Position numbers and translations under genes: made by a program. From a phage, in the sequence record PX393108.1: a DNA stretch of 64,000 nt, one strand, 5' to 3'. Below are positions 1-9,215 of the stretch, in pieces; within the stretch, counting starts at the first letter, position 1, and each line of letters begins with the position of its first letter. The notes beneath the pieces were generated by a model. That model ran no database searches, was not told where the DNA came from, and saw nothing but the letters and a program-made list of their open reading frames with translations.

Positions 1-1491
1 ATTTTCAATATTATGACGTAAAGTTTTAAAGGTAACTTCTTGTCCACGGTAAAGTGTAGTTCCCGGAGGAAGAACTGATCCTTTGGCGAATGCAGAATCC
101 AGCGTCTCGATGTGTTTAATAGCTCGTTCCATGTATTCTTCACGGGTAGAATCTGGTTTACCCAAGAGGAACGAGTTCATTTCAACATATGAATCTGCAC
201 AATAATCTTCGATTACATCAGACTCAGCCTGAGTCAGTCCTTTTGGAGTTACTTCGGTGCTTGCGTATTCATATGCCTGAGCAGCAGATTCATTAATCAA
301 TTTATAAATGCCATTCATGACAAATTGAATAATAGCTACCTTTTCGTCTGGCGTGGCTTTAGAACCTTTAACTAAATCATTGATAATTTTCTTAATAACA
401 TCAAAGCTATTAGAAATATTAATGTCAGCGAGATCGCTTAAAATTTTATCGGTTTTATAATCAAAGAATTCTTTATTCTTTAAATATTCTTGAGAACCTT
501 GATATGTTATATCGCTCTGCAGCTTGATAGATGGATCACGTAAACGTGCATGGGCCAATGCAATATGATTTCGGAAGCTTTCTAGTTCATAATCATTAGA
601 TTTAAAACGAGAAGCACTTCTCATACCACCGATAGCTCCTTTGCCGAAGTTTGAACCAATCTGAATAACGCCAGAGTTCATTGGTCCTTCTGCTTTATAT
701 ACCGGAACTTTAGATTCAAACTCTTGATATTTTTTAGCGGCGAAGCTATCACCCTGAAGTGAAGCATCGACAGTAGAATATTGAGCTTGTGCTGCTAATC
801 GACGACTAATTTTAGTTTTCTGAATAACAGCTTGATCCGTACGCTTATCATTTTCTAGAGCAATAGAAGCGGCAACAGCAACAGCTTTAGGAACAGCATT
901 ACCTGTTTTAACGTCTACATAAACATCACCAACCTTTGATTCAACTTTTGTGAATAACTCAGTTGAAATAGGAGGTACACCTGGAATGTCTTCTAAATTG
1001 GCATTTTTACGGTAAACCATAATATATGCATACTTTTTATCGTAATCCCAGATTTCCTTTAAAAGAACATATCGACCTGCTCCTTTAGTACGTACTAAAC
1101 GGTCAGCAATAACTTGCATTTGACGAGCTGCACCGTTTGTTTTACTTTTTAGTACGCGGAATAGGCATGCGTCAATTTTATACTGTTTCATTGTTTGAAG
1201 AGCAGTATCAAAAACCGCATTAATGACACCAATTGGATTTCCACCCAAGTTTTTAAGTTTAACGAGCGATAGTTTCTCATTGACACCTATCATTACGATA
1301 TGCATCATTTTATCGCCTGGCTTAACGTTTTTATTTGTATCACCGCCAGAGGTGTATGTACAAAATCTAAATCCAGGAAGCACACTTTCTTCACCGGCTT
1401 GAATAGCAAAAATTTGAGGTATTTTATGCTTAGGATTTAAGTTAACAACCGGGGCCGAAGCGCCGTCAAATAATTCTGTAATAAGTTCCAT
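1..1491 (-). CDS. Alt-like ADP-ribosyltransferase paralogue; C-terminus runs off the window start
   Basis: Open minus-strand frame from ATG 1489-1491 to position 1 (absent from ORF track, no stop in window). N-terminus MELITELFD and long stretches align by eye with the adjacent alt product; DNA 1000-1490 resembles 3100-3590. LYRGQ Arg motif at window edge; SD AAGGA upstream. Confidence 0.7.
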   Translation of the reverse strand, partial: MELITELFDGASAPVVNLNPKHKIPQIFAIQAGEESVLPGFRFCTYTSGGDTNKNVKPGDKMMHIVMIGVNEKLSLVKLKNLGGNPIGVINAVFDTALQTMKQYKIDACLFRVLKSKTNGAARQMQVIADRLVRTKGAGRYVLLKEIWDYDKKYAYIMVYRKNANLEDIPGVPPISTELFTKVESKVGDVYVDVKTGNAVPKAVAVAASIALENDKRTDQAVIQKTKISRRLAAQAQYSTVDASLQGDSFAAKKYQEFESKVPVYKAEGPMNSGVIQIGSNFGKGAIGGMRSASRFKSNDYELESFRNHIALAHARLRDPSIKLQSDITYQGSQEYLKNKEFFDYKTDKILSDLADINISNSFDVIKKIINDLVKGSKATPDEKVAIIQFVMNGIYKLINESAAQAYEYASTEVTPKGLTQAESDVIEDYCADSYVEMNSFLLGKPDSTREEYMERAIKHIETLDSAFAKGSVLPPGTTLYRGQEVTFKTLRHNIEN

Positions 1492-1494
1492 GAT

Positions 1495-3588
1495 TTATCC
1501 TTGAACGAACTTGTAAGGTATGTTTGCAATATCTATGCAAGATGCAATAATTCCAAGAGATGATTCTACTTTTTGTTTAACATTTGATGAAACAAATGAT
1601 GCAAAGTCAACTCTGTCTCCTATTTCAATATCACCTGTCATTGCAACTACTTCACCAGTTTCCATTAGACGGTCACCGTCATAAATTACTGATTCGGTGA
1701 GTTCTTCCGTAGTCATAACTTCAGCTTGAATGAGTTTTGTATTATTAGATGTTGTTCCGTCATTATTAGAAGCATCAGTTATTTTATTAACTTTGACCAT
1801 CAATCCTCGTGGTAGAATAACTTCAGCTTCTGTTGCTATTCCGAGACTTCCTGGATATACAACATTAACTTTATGAGCTCCATCAATTGCCCATCCTATT
1901 TGAACTTTAACGTATTCAGGATTTTCTTTATACGCTCTTATTTCGCTTGGATTAATAGTTATTCCTTCTTCATTTTTATCAACTGTCAATTCATTACGAG
2001 CTTCTGGTTCTAAAAGACCAATACCAGCATGCGTAATTCCAAAACGCCCAAAAATGATAGGAGTTAAAGAAGTAGATACAAAATTTCTGAAATAGAACAC
2101 TTTATTTTTAACTAGCGCTTCGTATATAGGAGCAGTCATACTTTGAGCACGATAAACTGTAATGCCTTCTGGTATACGGTCACCGTTTTCAAAAGCTGAA
2201 TCTAAGTTATTTATAGCAGATTCAATTTCTTTTTCACTCATTACATCATATCGTTCTGGATTGTAGCGTCCTAAAAGAAGATTATTGATGTCAGTATATC
2301 CTGAACCACAATACTCTCTAATGCCGCGCTTTTGTGATGGAGTATATTTAGAACCATCACGGGCAATAGTAATATCAATCATTGGACCTGCACCAATTCC
2401 AGAAAAGCTATAAATCATTCTTTTGAGGAATTTAGTTTTTGCTGCGTTCCAGGAATTTTTAGTCATTTCTTCCCAGACTTCATCTGGCTGTCCTTTACGT
2501 GTTTTATTATGTTTATCAAGCCATTTATCTTTGTATTCTTCAAAGAATTTATTAACAGCTGCTGCGTATTTCTCTAAACATTTTATTGAAGTAGTTGGTT
2601 CATTTTTAATCGCATTAAGAATTACATCTTTAATTTTTTCAGAAACTTCATTAACCTCACTTTTTGAAAAGAATTTATAATCATAGTGAAGTTCATCTGC
2701 GGTTCCTTCGGCAATAATTTTTGCTGCCTTAGTTTTAGAAGCCAATGAATTAATTCCAAGTTTCATTTCTTCTGCTTCGGGAATTAAAGGAGCAGTAGCA
2801 GGTTTATTGAAATTAGCTGCGGTAGATTCATACTTCTGGAATAATTCACTTTCAAATCTAGAAGATTCTAATGATTGACTTTGCGCAATTGCTCTACGGG
2901 AAATTTTAACTTTAACGATTACAGCTTGGTCAGAACGCTTATCATTTTCTTGTGCAATAGATGCTGCAATTGCCTCATTTTTAGTTACTTGAGCTCCAGT
3001 ATCTTTATTGATATAAACATCGCCGACTTTCGATTCAACTTTAGTAAAGAGCTCGGTACTAATTTCCGGAACTCCTGGAATGTCTTCTAGTGATACATTT
3101 TTGCGATGTATAAGAATATATGCATACTTTTTATCGTAATCCCAGAGTTCCTTAAGAAGGACGTATCTGCCACCTGAACGACTACGGATAAGTCTATCAG
3201 CAATAAGTTGAATTTGACGAGCTTGACCAGCAGTTTTAGACTTAAGAATACGGAGCATACAGGCATCAATTTTATACTGACGCATCGTCTGCATCGCAAC
3301 AGTAAAAACTGAATTGATGTAATTAATTGGGCTTGGACCAAGACCTTTTAATTTAGCAATTGAACCTTTAGCAGTTAATGTAAAAGGAACAATATGCATC
3401 ATTTTATCGCCCATCTTTAAATCGCGATTAGTATCACCTCCAGATGTATAGGTACATAAACGAAAGCCTGGTTGTTCAATTGCGTCATCAACATGAACTG
3501 AAAAAATTTGTGGTATTTTCTTCTTTGGATTTAAGTTTGTAATCGGAAGAGTAGTATCTTCGTCAAATAATTCTGTAATGAGTTCCAT
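1495..3588 (-). CDS. alt: Alt, capsid-packaged ADP-ribosyltransferase
   Basis: ~697 aa directly downstream of the gene 30 region as in T4. ART-like R/S/E motifs (VYRAQ, STS, EAEV). Second ATG chosen because SD GAGAGGA abuts the first. TATAAATA late promoter upstream. Confidence 0.85.
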   Translation of the reverse strand: MELITELFDEDTTLPITNLNPKKKIPQIFSVHVDDAIEQPGFRLCTYTSGGDTNRDLKMGDKMMHIVPFTLTAKGSIAKLKGLGPSPINYINSVFTVAMQTMRQYKIDACMLRILKSKTAGQARQIQLIADRLIRSRSGGRYVLLKELWDYDKKYAYILIHRKNVSLEDIPGVPEISTELFTKVESKVGDVYINKDTGAQVTKNEAIAASIAQENDKRSDQAVIVKVKISRRAIAQSQSLESSRFESELFQKYESTAANFNKPATAPLIPEAEEMKLGINSLASKTKAAKIIAEGTADELHYDYKFFSKSEVNEVSEKIKDVILNAIKNEPTTSIKCLEKYAAAVNKFFEEYKDKWLDKHNKTRKGQPDEVWEEMTKNSWNAAKTKFLKRMIYSFSGIGAGPMIDITIARDGSKYTPSQKRGIREYCGSGYTDINNLLLGRYNPERYDVMSEKEIESAINNLDSAFENGDRIPEGITVYRAQSMTAPIYEALVKNKVFYFRNFVSTSLTPIIFGRFGITHAGIGLLEPEARNELTVDKNEEGITINPSEIRAYKENPEYVKVQIGWAIDGAHKVNVVYPGSLGIATEAEVILPRGLMVKVNKITDASNNDGTTSNNTKLIQAEVMTTEELTESVIYDGDRLMETGEVVAMTGDIEIGDRVDFASFVSSNVKQKVESSLGIIASCIDIANIPYKFVQG

Positions 3589-3612
3589 CATATCCTCTCT
3601 AGTGTTTATTCT

Positions 3613-3620
3613 ATTTATAA
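3613..3620 (-). promoter_or_regulatory. T4-type late promoter (TATAAATA) for alt
   Basis: Reverse complement of tatttata sits ~20 nt upstream of the alt start. Confidence 0.6.
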
Positions 3621-3624
3621 AATT

Positions 3625-3642
3625 AAAGGCCCGAAGGCCTTT
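3625..3642 (-). terminator. UUCG-tetraloop hairpin (AAAGGCC-UUCG-GGCCUUU)
   Basis: Perfect 7-bp inverted repeat with a 4-nt loop, followed in transcript orientation by a U-rich tract; lies between the small ORF and the alt promoter. Confidence 0.5.
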
Positions 3643-3829
3643 AATAATCTATTGGTAAGAGAGTACGATATATTTCAAACTTTGGACCTTTTTCATAGGC
3701 ATCAAATGTTTCTGTGAATTTATTATAAGCATATGCATCTATAAATTCAATCATAATTTGTGATACAGAAGTAGAAACATCTCCACCTTCTTTTTGAGCA
3801 ACGACAATTGTTTCTAAGTAAGCTTTCAT
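3641..3829 (-). CDS. hypothetical small protein (62 aa)
   Basis: ORF track; start overlaps the gene 30 stop (ATGA), suggesting translational coupling. Confidence 0.5.
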   Translation of the reverse strand: MKAYLETIVVAQKEGGDVSTSVSQIMIEFIDAYAYNKFTETFDAYEKGPKFEIYRTLLPIDY

Positions 3830-5289
3830 AGACCAGTTACCTCATGAAAATCACCAAATACATCCTCGAATGTATTAGCTTTAGTTTTATCTTCACGTAA
3901 ACGAATCGCAATTGGAAGAAATAATTTTACGTAATCAGTGCGGCCATCAGATTTTAGCCAACCGTTGCATTCGCACTCTAGAATTTTTCCAATATAATAA
4001 TTTTGGTTTTCCATAATGCGAGTACGGTCAAGTTCATGCGATTTTACACCGGCTTTATCTTTTAAGCCTGAACCAGCATTTACTTTAATTTTTCCACATT
4101 CTGATTCAAGAATAAATCCACCCGCTTTAGTAGGGTCTTTACGGTGAGGATAAATTCCTACAATTTTTAAATCAACATCAATTACTTCTTTAAATTTATA
4201 GAGATTTTTTGAACGAGCATTTTCCCACAATCCATCGATATTTTTGAGAATAATACCTTCAAGACCTTGGTCAATATATTTTTTATAAATTACCTTAGCT
4301 TCATCTAGGTTATTTACTACCTGGTTTTCAATTAAAATTACTTTATCATAACCTGATGTCATTTGTTCTAGTTTAGAAAAACGTACATCATATTTCAAAC
4401 GAAATGCAGGAAGACCGTATATTTCTACCAACGGGACATAATCCCAGACCTGAAACTTCATGCATTGAGCTTCTTTTTCAGAAATGGTTCCCTTTAAAGA
4501 TTTATTGGCGATGCCATTAGATGCAGTACGTGATTCAGCTACTTCGGCGAATTCTTTAGCTTTACTAATTTCAGGATAAGCATCAAAAAGAAAATCTAGG
4601 CCTTCTGGTTCCTTTTTAACTTGCTCATGGTATACCAATTCGCCATCAATTAACACACCTTCTGGATGAATCTGGCGGGCTTCAGCAGTCATTTTGATTA
4701 ACTCTTCCTTAAGAAGATCTAATCCTAGATATTCATTACCAGCTCGTGATAAAAGACGAACATCATCTAATTCATCGCCTCGGACTTCAGCAAAACACCG
4801 AGCTCCATCTGCTTTTAACTGCGCAAAGGCTGGAAACTTGATATTCTTACTAATGCCTTTTTCATCATAAGAACTTGCCAGCATTTGAGGTTGTTCAGGA
4901 ATTAAACCTGGCCAAACTTTATTTGCAATAGATACTGAAGCACCGCATTCAAGGTCTCGCATCATAACTCGACGCAAAACTTCAACATCATCCTTTTTAC
5001 CATCGGTGATATATCCAATTAATTCCTCAATTGCCGCATTTCCAGTCAATTTCCGAGTAGCTAACGTGAATTCAATGAAGTCAAGCATATCGGTAATAGT
5101 CAGCATTCCAAAACTCTGGGTAGCAATACCAGGTTTAGGCCATTTCTTGATATAATACTGTAACCCACGAGAATAAGTTAGACGATATACTCGTTTAAGC
5201 AATTCATTATCTTTATTCTTTTCAAGAATTGCTTGCTTCTGCTTAGTTGATCCAATAGATGCTATTTCATTCAGAATTTTAAGAATCAT
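3826..5289 (-). CDS. 30: ATP-dependent DNA ligase gp30
   Basis: 487 aa; MILKILNEIASIGSTKQKQAILEKNK... matches T4 DNA ligase as recalled; adenylation motif KADG (FAQLKADGARC). Confidence 0.97.
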   Translation of the reverse strand: MILKILNEIASIGSTKQKQAILEKNKDNELLKRVYRLTYSRGLQYYIKKWPKPGIATQSFGMLTITDMLDFIEFTLATRKLTGNAAIEELIGYITDGKKDDVEVLRRVMMRDLECGASVSIANKVWPGLIPEQPQMLASSYDEKGISKNIKFPAFAQLKADGARCFAEVRGDELDDVRLLSRAGNEYLGLDLLKEELIKMTAEARQIHPEGVLIDGELVYHEQVKKEPEGLDFLFDAYPEISKAKEFAEVAESRTASNGIANKSLKGTISEKEAQCMKFQVWDYVPLVEIYGLPAFRLKYDVRFSKLEQMTSGYDKVILIENQVVNNLDEAKVIYKKYIDQGLEGIILKNIDGLWENARSKNLYKFKEVIDVDLKIVGIYPHRKDPTKAGGFILESECGKIKVNAGSGLKDKAGVKSHELDRTRIMENQNYYIGKILECECNGWLKSDGRTDYVKLFLPIAIRLREDKTKANTFEDVFGDFHEVTGL

Positions 5290-5555
5290 TGTTCATCCTT
5301 CAGAGTTTGATTTACAGCTCTATTATAAATCAATTCATCATTAAGCTCAGTCAAAGACTTATGATATGTAGTTCTAACTTTATTTCCTTGCATCCAGTGC
5401 TTGATATAAATGAAACCTTGCTCTACGCATTTTTTAAAAATTCGTTCGTCTTTTTGAGCTCGGAATTCTGGATTGCATCTAAAAAATTGATTTACGTGAC
5501 CGTAATCACGCGTAGTATTACCTTCATTTTCATAAATAGTGTGAACGACAAACAT
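5286..5555 (-). CDS. hypothetical protein (30.1 position)
   Basis: ORF track, 89 aa; ATGA overlap with the gene 30 start region; synteny. Confidence 0.6.
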   Translation of the reverse strand: MFVVHTIYENEGNTTRDYGHVNQFFRCNPEFRAQKDERIFKKCVEQGFIYIKHWMQGNKVRTTYHKSLTELNDELIYNRAVNQTLKDEQ

Positions 5556-6403
5556 TAGAATGCTCCTTGGAAAATATTATCACCACAAGTAGGTCTATTA
5601 TACAAATACTCTATTCCACCAGGTTTAATATAGTTCCATGTCTGAAATGGATGTGTCTGATATGGATGATATGGATGATATAGATGATTATAAGGATTAA
5701 CTCCAGGCGTTCTCCAGGTAGTATTCCAAGGAAAAGAATTGTTTTTAACCATCTTCTCAATTACATCTTTTATAGCTTTTTCACTATCAAAACTTTCTTT
5801 ATTTTCCTTTGGTGAAAAAAGCTTATTTTCTACATCATTCCATGTATAAACTCGCTGCGCAGTTTTTGGAATATTGTCACGCTCTCCTCGAGCCATCCAA
5901 TAAACTGGAACATTTAATATTTCACTCGCGTGGTCGCAGTGGTGAGCGAGATCGTCAATATAACAAATTACGTTATATTTCTCTTTTGCCTTTTTGAATA
6001 ACTCTTCTTTTGAAGAATCATGACCACACATCATTACTTCTGAGAAGGCACCAGGAAAAAGAGCATTCAAATTAAATTGACGATTCAGCAGAGCGTCAAT
6101 AGAATCACCCAATGCTGTAACAGCTACAAAATTATAATCTTCTTTTAATTTGTTAATTACACACAGGGCATCTTTATATGGAGACAAGTAACGAATAAAA
6201 TCTGATCGATTGTATTTTTCAATTAGCTTGACGCCAAGTTCTTCATCACAATTAAAGAGTTTACCTGGAGAAATAAATTTCTCATCTTGGATCATTTTTA
6301 AAATATGTTCTAATGGAAGATTATATTTCTGGGCAAAATAAGGAAGGCCTGATTGCCAGCTTAAACATACACCATCAATATCAGTCAAAATAGTTGGCTT
6401 CAT
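5555..6403 (-). CDS. HAD-superfamily hydrolase-like protein with His/Tyr/Pro-rich C-terminal tail (30.2 position)
   Basis: 282 aa; N-terminal LTDIDGV resembles HAD motif I (DxDGV). C-terminal NPYNHLYHPYHPYQTHPFQ encoded by a 9-bp tandem repeat. Confidence 0.6.
   Translation of the reverse strand: MKPTILTDIDGVCLSWQSGLPYFAQKYNLPLEHILKMIQDEKFISPGKLFNCDEELGVKLIEKYNRSDFIRYLSPYKDALCVINKLKEDYNFVAVTALGDSIDALLNRQFNLNALFPGAFSEVMMCGHDSSKEELFKKAKEKYNVICYIDDLAHHCDHASEILNVPVYWMARGERDNIPKTAQRVYTWNDVENKLFSPKENKESFDSEKAIKDVIEKMVKNNSFPWNTTWRTPGVNPYNHLYHPYHPYQTHPFQTWNYIKPGGIEYLYNRPTCGDNIFQGAF
5650..5690 (-). repeat. short tandem repeat (~9-bp unit, ~3-4 copies) inside the 30.2-like ORF
   Basis: gatatggat gatatggat gatatagat seen directly; encodes the HPY repeats. 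Confidence 0.6.
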
Positions 6404-6864
6404 AGAGAGTCTCTTAATAGGTTTAACACATCAATAAATTCAGCTTCGGTTAGTATTGTATCATCTTTTGTTAGACCACTAGCCATGCTGTGCTTCAAAA
6501 CTTTTCCTTTCGAGGCTTGTAATGCATCGCGAAAGCCCTTATTTTGGATCGCTGCTTCAAAATATGCATTTGTGTATAATTCTTTCCAGGCTGGGGAGTA
6601 TCTTGAAAACGGAACTCCAAGCCAGAAGAGGGTCCCACGGTCCTGAGCTCTAGCATAAGACCTTCCAGCTTGTTGGGCGGCAAGCCCGGATAACCCAAAT
6701 ATACGACGTTGTTGTTCAACATTTTTCACCTTACATCCTTGGAGGAATCCTTCGAGACCTCCGAATTGAATACCATCCATGACGAAAGGCCATTGGGCGA
6801 AATTACTTAATGCACATGATGGCCATCTAAAATTGCTTCTTATCTCTAACTCAGACATTTTCAA
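6400..6864 (-). CDS. NADAR/YbiA-like protein (30.3 position)
   Basis: 154 aa; LSNFAQWPFVMDG resembles the FSNF..WP..DG core of YbiA/NADAR proteins as recalled. Not HMM-verified. Confidence 0.5.
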   Translation of the reverse strand: MKMSELEIRSNFRWPSCALSNFAQWPFVMDGIQFGGLEGFLQGCKVKNVEQQRRIFGLSGLAAQQAGRSYARAQDRGTLFWLGVPFSRYSPAWKELYTNAYFEAAIQNKGFRDALQASKGKVLKHSMASGLTKDDTILTEAEFIDVLNLLRDSL

Positions 6865-7057
6865 TACTTATAATTTCAACATCAGCCCAATGACCATAGC
6901 AAGGAAGACGAAATTCAACTGGCCAGTTAGGGTCCTTTTCTAATATAATAGACTCAACTTGTGGTTCTTCATGTTCATCAGTATATGGATTTTTATATGT
7001 TACTTTATATGTGACCTTAATGTACTGAATTCCAAAAATCTTATTAATTATATTCAT
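6851..7057 (-). CDS. hypothetical protein (68 aa)
   Basis: ORF track; tight packing in an operon-like array. Confidence 0.5.
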   Translation of the reverse strand: MNIINKIFGIQYIKVTYKVTYKNPYTDEHEEPQVESIILEKDPNWPVEFRLPCYGHWADVEIISIENV

Positions 7058-7251
7058 ACTAATTCCTTTAATCCGTAGATAGGAGATAATTCATCACCCA
7101 TACGAAGGTCTTCATTTCCATCTACCCAGGAAACAATATAAGCCTCTTTTATTTGAATACCACTCCATTTAAATGGAGGTAGAACCTTAGAAATTAATCC
7201 AGGTATACCAACTCCCTTTAATTCAACAGTTTGACCTAAAAAGAATTTCAT
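7054..7251 (-). CDS. hypothetical protein (65 aa)
   Basis: ORF track; ATGA-type overlap with the neighbour. Confidence 0.5.
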   Translation of the reverse strand: MKFFLGQTVELKGVGIPGLISKVLPPFKWSGIQIKEAYIVSWVDGNEDLRMGDELSPIYGLKELV

Positions 7252-7538
7252 TAGAACCTCATCTGAAAACTATGCGATTTAACATTACCACCACCAATGT
7301 CAGAAATATTAATTTCACGCGCAATTGAAGGGTCAATGTCAATTTCGCGATTGAGTTTAGTGATAGCTAAAGTATCACGCCCATTTACTGTACGGAATTC
7401 TAAAGGACATACTACATTAACATAGTTTTTAATCGATTCACTGGTAGGCTGCAAATGAGCAGGAAGGTCTTTAGGCGCCTTAGAGAAAACTACTTCGCAG
7501 AAGTTTTTACGAGTATCAAAATAAGTAGTCATAAACAT
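7251..7538 (-). CDS. hypothetical protein (95 aa)
   Basis: ORF track; SD GAGGAAAA 7 nt upstream, preceded by a UUCG hairpin. Confidence 0.55.
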   Translation of the reverse strand: MFMTTYFDTRKNFCEVVFSKAPKDLPAHLQPTSESIKNYVNVVCPLEFRTVNGRDTLAITKLNREIDIDPSIAREINISDIGGGNVKSHSFQMRF

Positions 7539-7545
7539 AGTATTT

Positions 7546-7559
7546 TCCTCAGTAAGGGG
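7546..7559 (-). other. UUCG-tetraloop hairpin (GGGGC-UUCG-GCCCC) just 5' of an RBS
   Basis: Perfect 5-bp GC stem; in transcript orientation sits immediately upstream of the SD of ORF 7251-7538. Confidence 0.5.
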
Positions 7560-7579
7560 CCGAAGCCCCTTATTTTATT

Positions 7580-7945
7580 TTAAATATCAAATTCGTTAAG
7601 AACTACATCAAAGATTGCTTCAAGATGCTCAGGTTTAGCTCTGTTACTCAGAATATGACGAATCCAAGTTTTAACCAGAAGCTTACGATTGACGCCATTC
7701 CAGCAAGGATGAGTCCCTAAATCACGTTGACGGAAATCATCATCTAATGCGATTTTAAAAGAAGAACCTTCTTTCGTGATTGAAACCGTAATGCCATTTT
7801 CAAATCGCATATAAACGTAGTTAGGAGTCATATACTGTTCAATTTCGCATACTGATCCATTTTGATGTTTCCAAAGGCAGATAGTATCAATAGAACCTGC
7901 AATACCGTTAGAAACATATTTACGTTCAAAGTTGATGTAGTTCAT
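7580..7945 (-). CDS. hypothetical protein (121 aa)
   Basis: ORF track. Confidence 0.55.
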   Translation of the reverse strand: MNYINFERKYVSNGIAGSIDTICLWKHQNGSVCEIEQYMTPNYVYMRFENGITVSITKEGSSFKIALDDDFRQRDLGTHPCWNGVNRKLLVKTWIRHILSNRAKPEHLEAIFDVVLNEFDI

Positions 7946-8013
7946 TTTTATTCTCCGAGATGTTTAATTGCGGTACAGGTATATAATATCATATCCTGTA
8001 CCAAAGTAAACAA

Positions 8014-8346
8014 TTATTTTACTACTTTCCAGTGCTGCATGTCAAGTTTACCAACTTTTTTCATCTTCTCAATTAAGCGTTCGGCACGTTGGCGAGCTGT
8101 AACATAATACCATTCACCCAATTCATTTTGTTCAATTTTTCCAACGATTACTGTATTCAATTCATAAATCCAACCAGTAAAGAAATTATGAACTTGGATT
8201 GTAAAGGTGAAATCTGTTCCCATACCTTCTGTTGTTTCTACTTCAATAATATCACCTTCAACTGCCATTAAGAACCACATAGTTTCATCATATTTACCAT
8301 TGAAGCATTTAGTTTTAACTGTGGCGTTCAGATTAATCGTTTTCAT
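8014..8346 (-). CDS. hypothetical protein (110 aa)
   Basis: ORF track; early-type promoter upstream. Confidence 0.55.
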   Translation of the reverse strand: MKTINLNATVKTKCFNGKYDETMWFLMAVEGDIIEVETTEGMGTDFTFTIQVHNFFTGWIYELNTVIVGKIEQNELGEWYYVTARQRAERLIEKMKKVGKLDMQHWKVVK

Positions 8347-8373
8347 TTTATTCTCCTTTGTTTGTGTAAGATA

Positions 8374-8403
8374 ATACTATCACAAAGGAACTATACTGTA
8401 AAC
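8374..8403 (-). promoter_or_regulatory. T4 early-type sigma70 promoter (-35 GTTTAC, 18-nt spacer, -10 TAGTAT)
   Basis: Reverse complement of gtaaac at 8398-8403 and atacta at 8374-8379, downstream of a terminator hairpin. Confidence 0.45.
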
Positions 8404-8433
8404 AACTTTATGCAATCTTTGGAAAATAAAAAA

Positions 8434-8451
8434 GGACTCCCGAAGGAGTCC
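8434..8451 (-). terminator. rho-independent terminator (GGACUCC-UUCG-GGAGUCC plus U-tract)
   Basis: Perfect 7-bp stem with UUCG loop, then UUUUUUAUUUU in transcript orientation. Confidence 0.6.
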
Positions 8452-8456
8452 TCAAC

Positions 8457-8633
8457 TTATGCTTTCTGCTTACCAAAACGAGAAGCATCATCTCGAAGAA
8501 CCGCACGTGCTCGGCGCATGATCTTCTCAACAGTTTGATTGATACGAGAGTTCGACCCACGCTTGTAACCAGCGCGTTTAGAATCACCAACTTTCTTTTC
8601 AACTGCTTTCTTTGCTTTAGCTTGTTTTGCCAT
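8457..8633 (-). CDS. small highly basic protein (58 aa from internal ATG)
   Basis: MAKQAKAKKAVEKKVGDSKRAGYKRGSNSRINQ...; the internal ATG has a GAG-type SD whereas the track ATG (8675) has none. Confidence 0.45.
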   Translation of the reverse strand: MAKQAKAKKAVEKKVGDSKRAGYKRGSNSRINQTVEKIMRRARAVLRDDASRFGKQKA

Positions 8634-8827
8634 TATAAATTCTCTTTTAAATGAAAATGCAGGACTTATTGGCATTGCCTGCGAAAGCCCTCAAGGGGTA
8701 CTTAGGTTTTGAATATTTACCGACAGGATAACCATAAACCTCGTCAACATTCAAGAGGTACACCGTAAAACAAAGTTCGACGGCTCCTCGTTTTAACTTC
8801 ACACTAAGGCAGTGACTCTCCAATAAA

Positions 8828-9076
8828 TTACTTCAGTGTTACCACAAAGTGACGAACTGCTTTTCGTGCGGCAGAAGCCAGAGGCTTAGCATATTTAAGT
8901 TCATCTTTTTCCTGGAGCTCAGCAGCTAATGCAGTTTGAGCAGGATTCAGATGTTTGAAATAACGCAGGATTTCAAGAGCTTCGGCTTCAACATCAATAG
9001 ATGCGCCATAGTTTTCGTGACCATTATTCCATGCGTTTCGTTGCAGTTCAAGAGCGTGTTGTAATTGTTTAATCAT
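8828..9076 (-). CDS. rIII: rIII lysis-inhibition accessory protein
   Basis: 82 aa; position next to gene 31; sequence MIKQLQHALELQRNAWNNGHENYG... matches recalled T4 rIII. Confidence 0.8.
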   Translation of the reverse strand: MIKQLQHALELQRNAWNNGHENYGASIDVEAEALEILRYFKHLNPAQTALAAELQEKDELKYAKPLASAARKAVRHFVVTLK

Positions 9077-9215
9077 TTAAAAATTCTCGTTAGAGATTAA
9101 AACTCGGTAGTCACGTTCTTCTGAATTTCATCTTCTTTCGACAGATCTCTCAGTTGTAGACTACCACGTAGAATTGTTCGGTTAACTTATTATTCCGACA
9201 CCCAATTCATATTAT

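Noticed and set aside
2423-3341. Plus-strand ORFs 2423-2680 and 2875-3090 and minus ORF 3087-3341 nested in alt
   Set aside because: They lie entirely inside the well-supported alt frame and their products are low-complexity hydrophobic strings typical of off-frame translation of AT-rich DNA.
8634-8675. Longer 72-aa form of the basic protein starting at ATG 8673-8675
   Set aside because: No Shine-Dalgarno sequence upstream of that ATG, whereas the internal ATG at 8633 has one.
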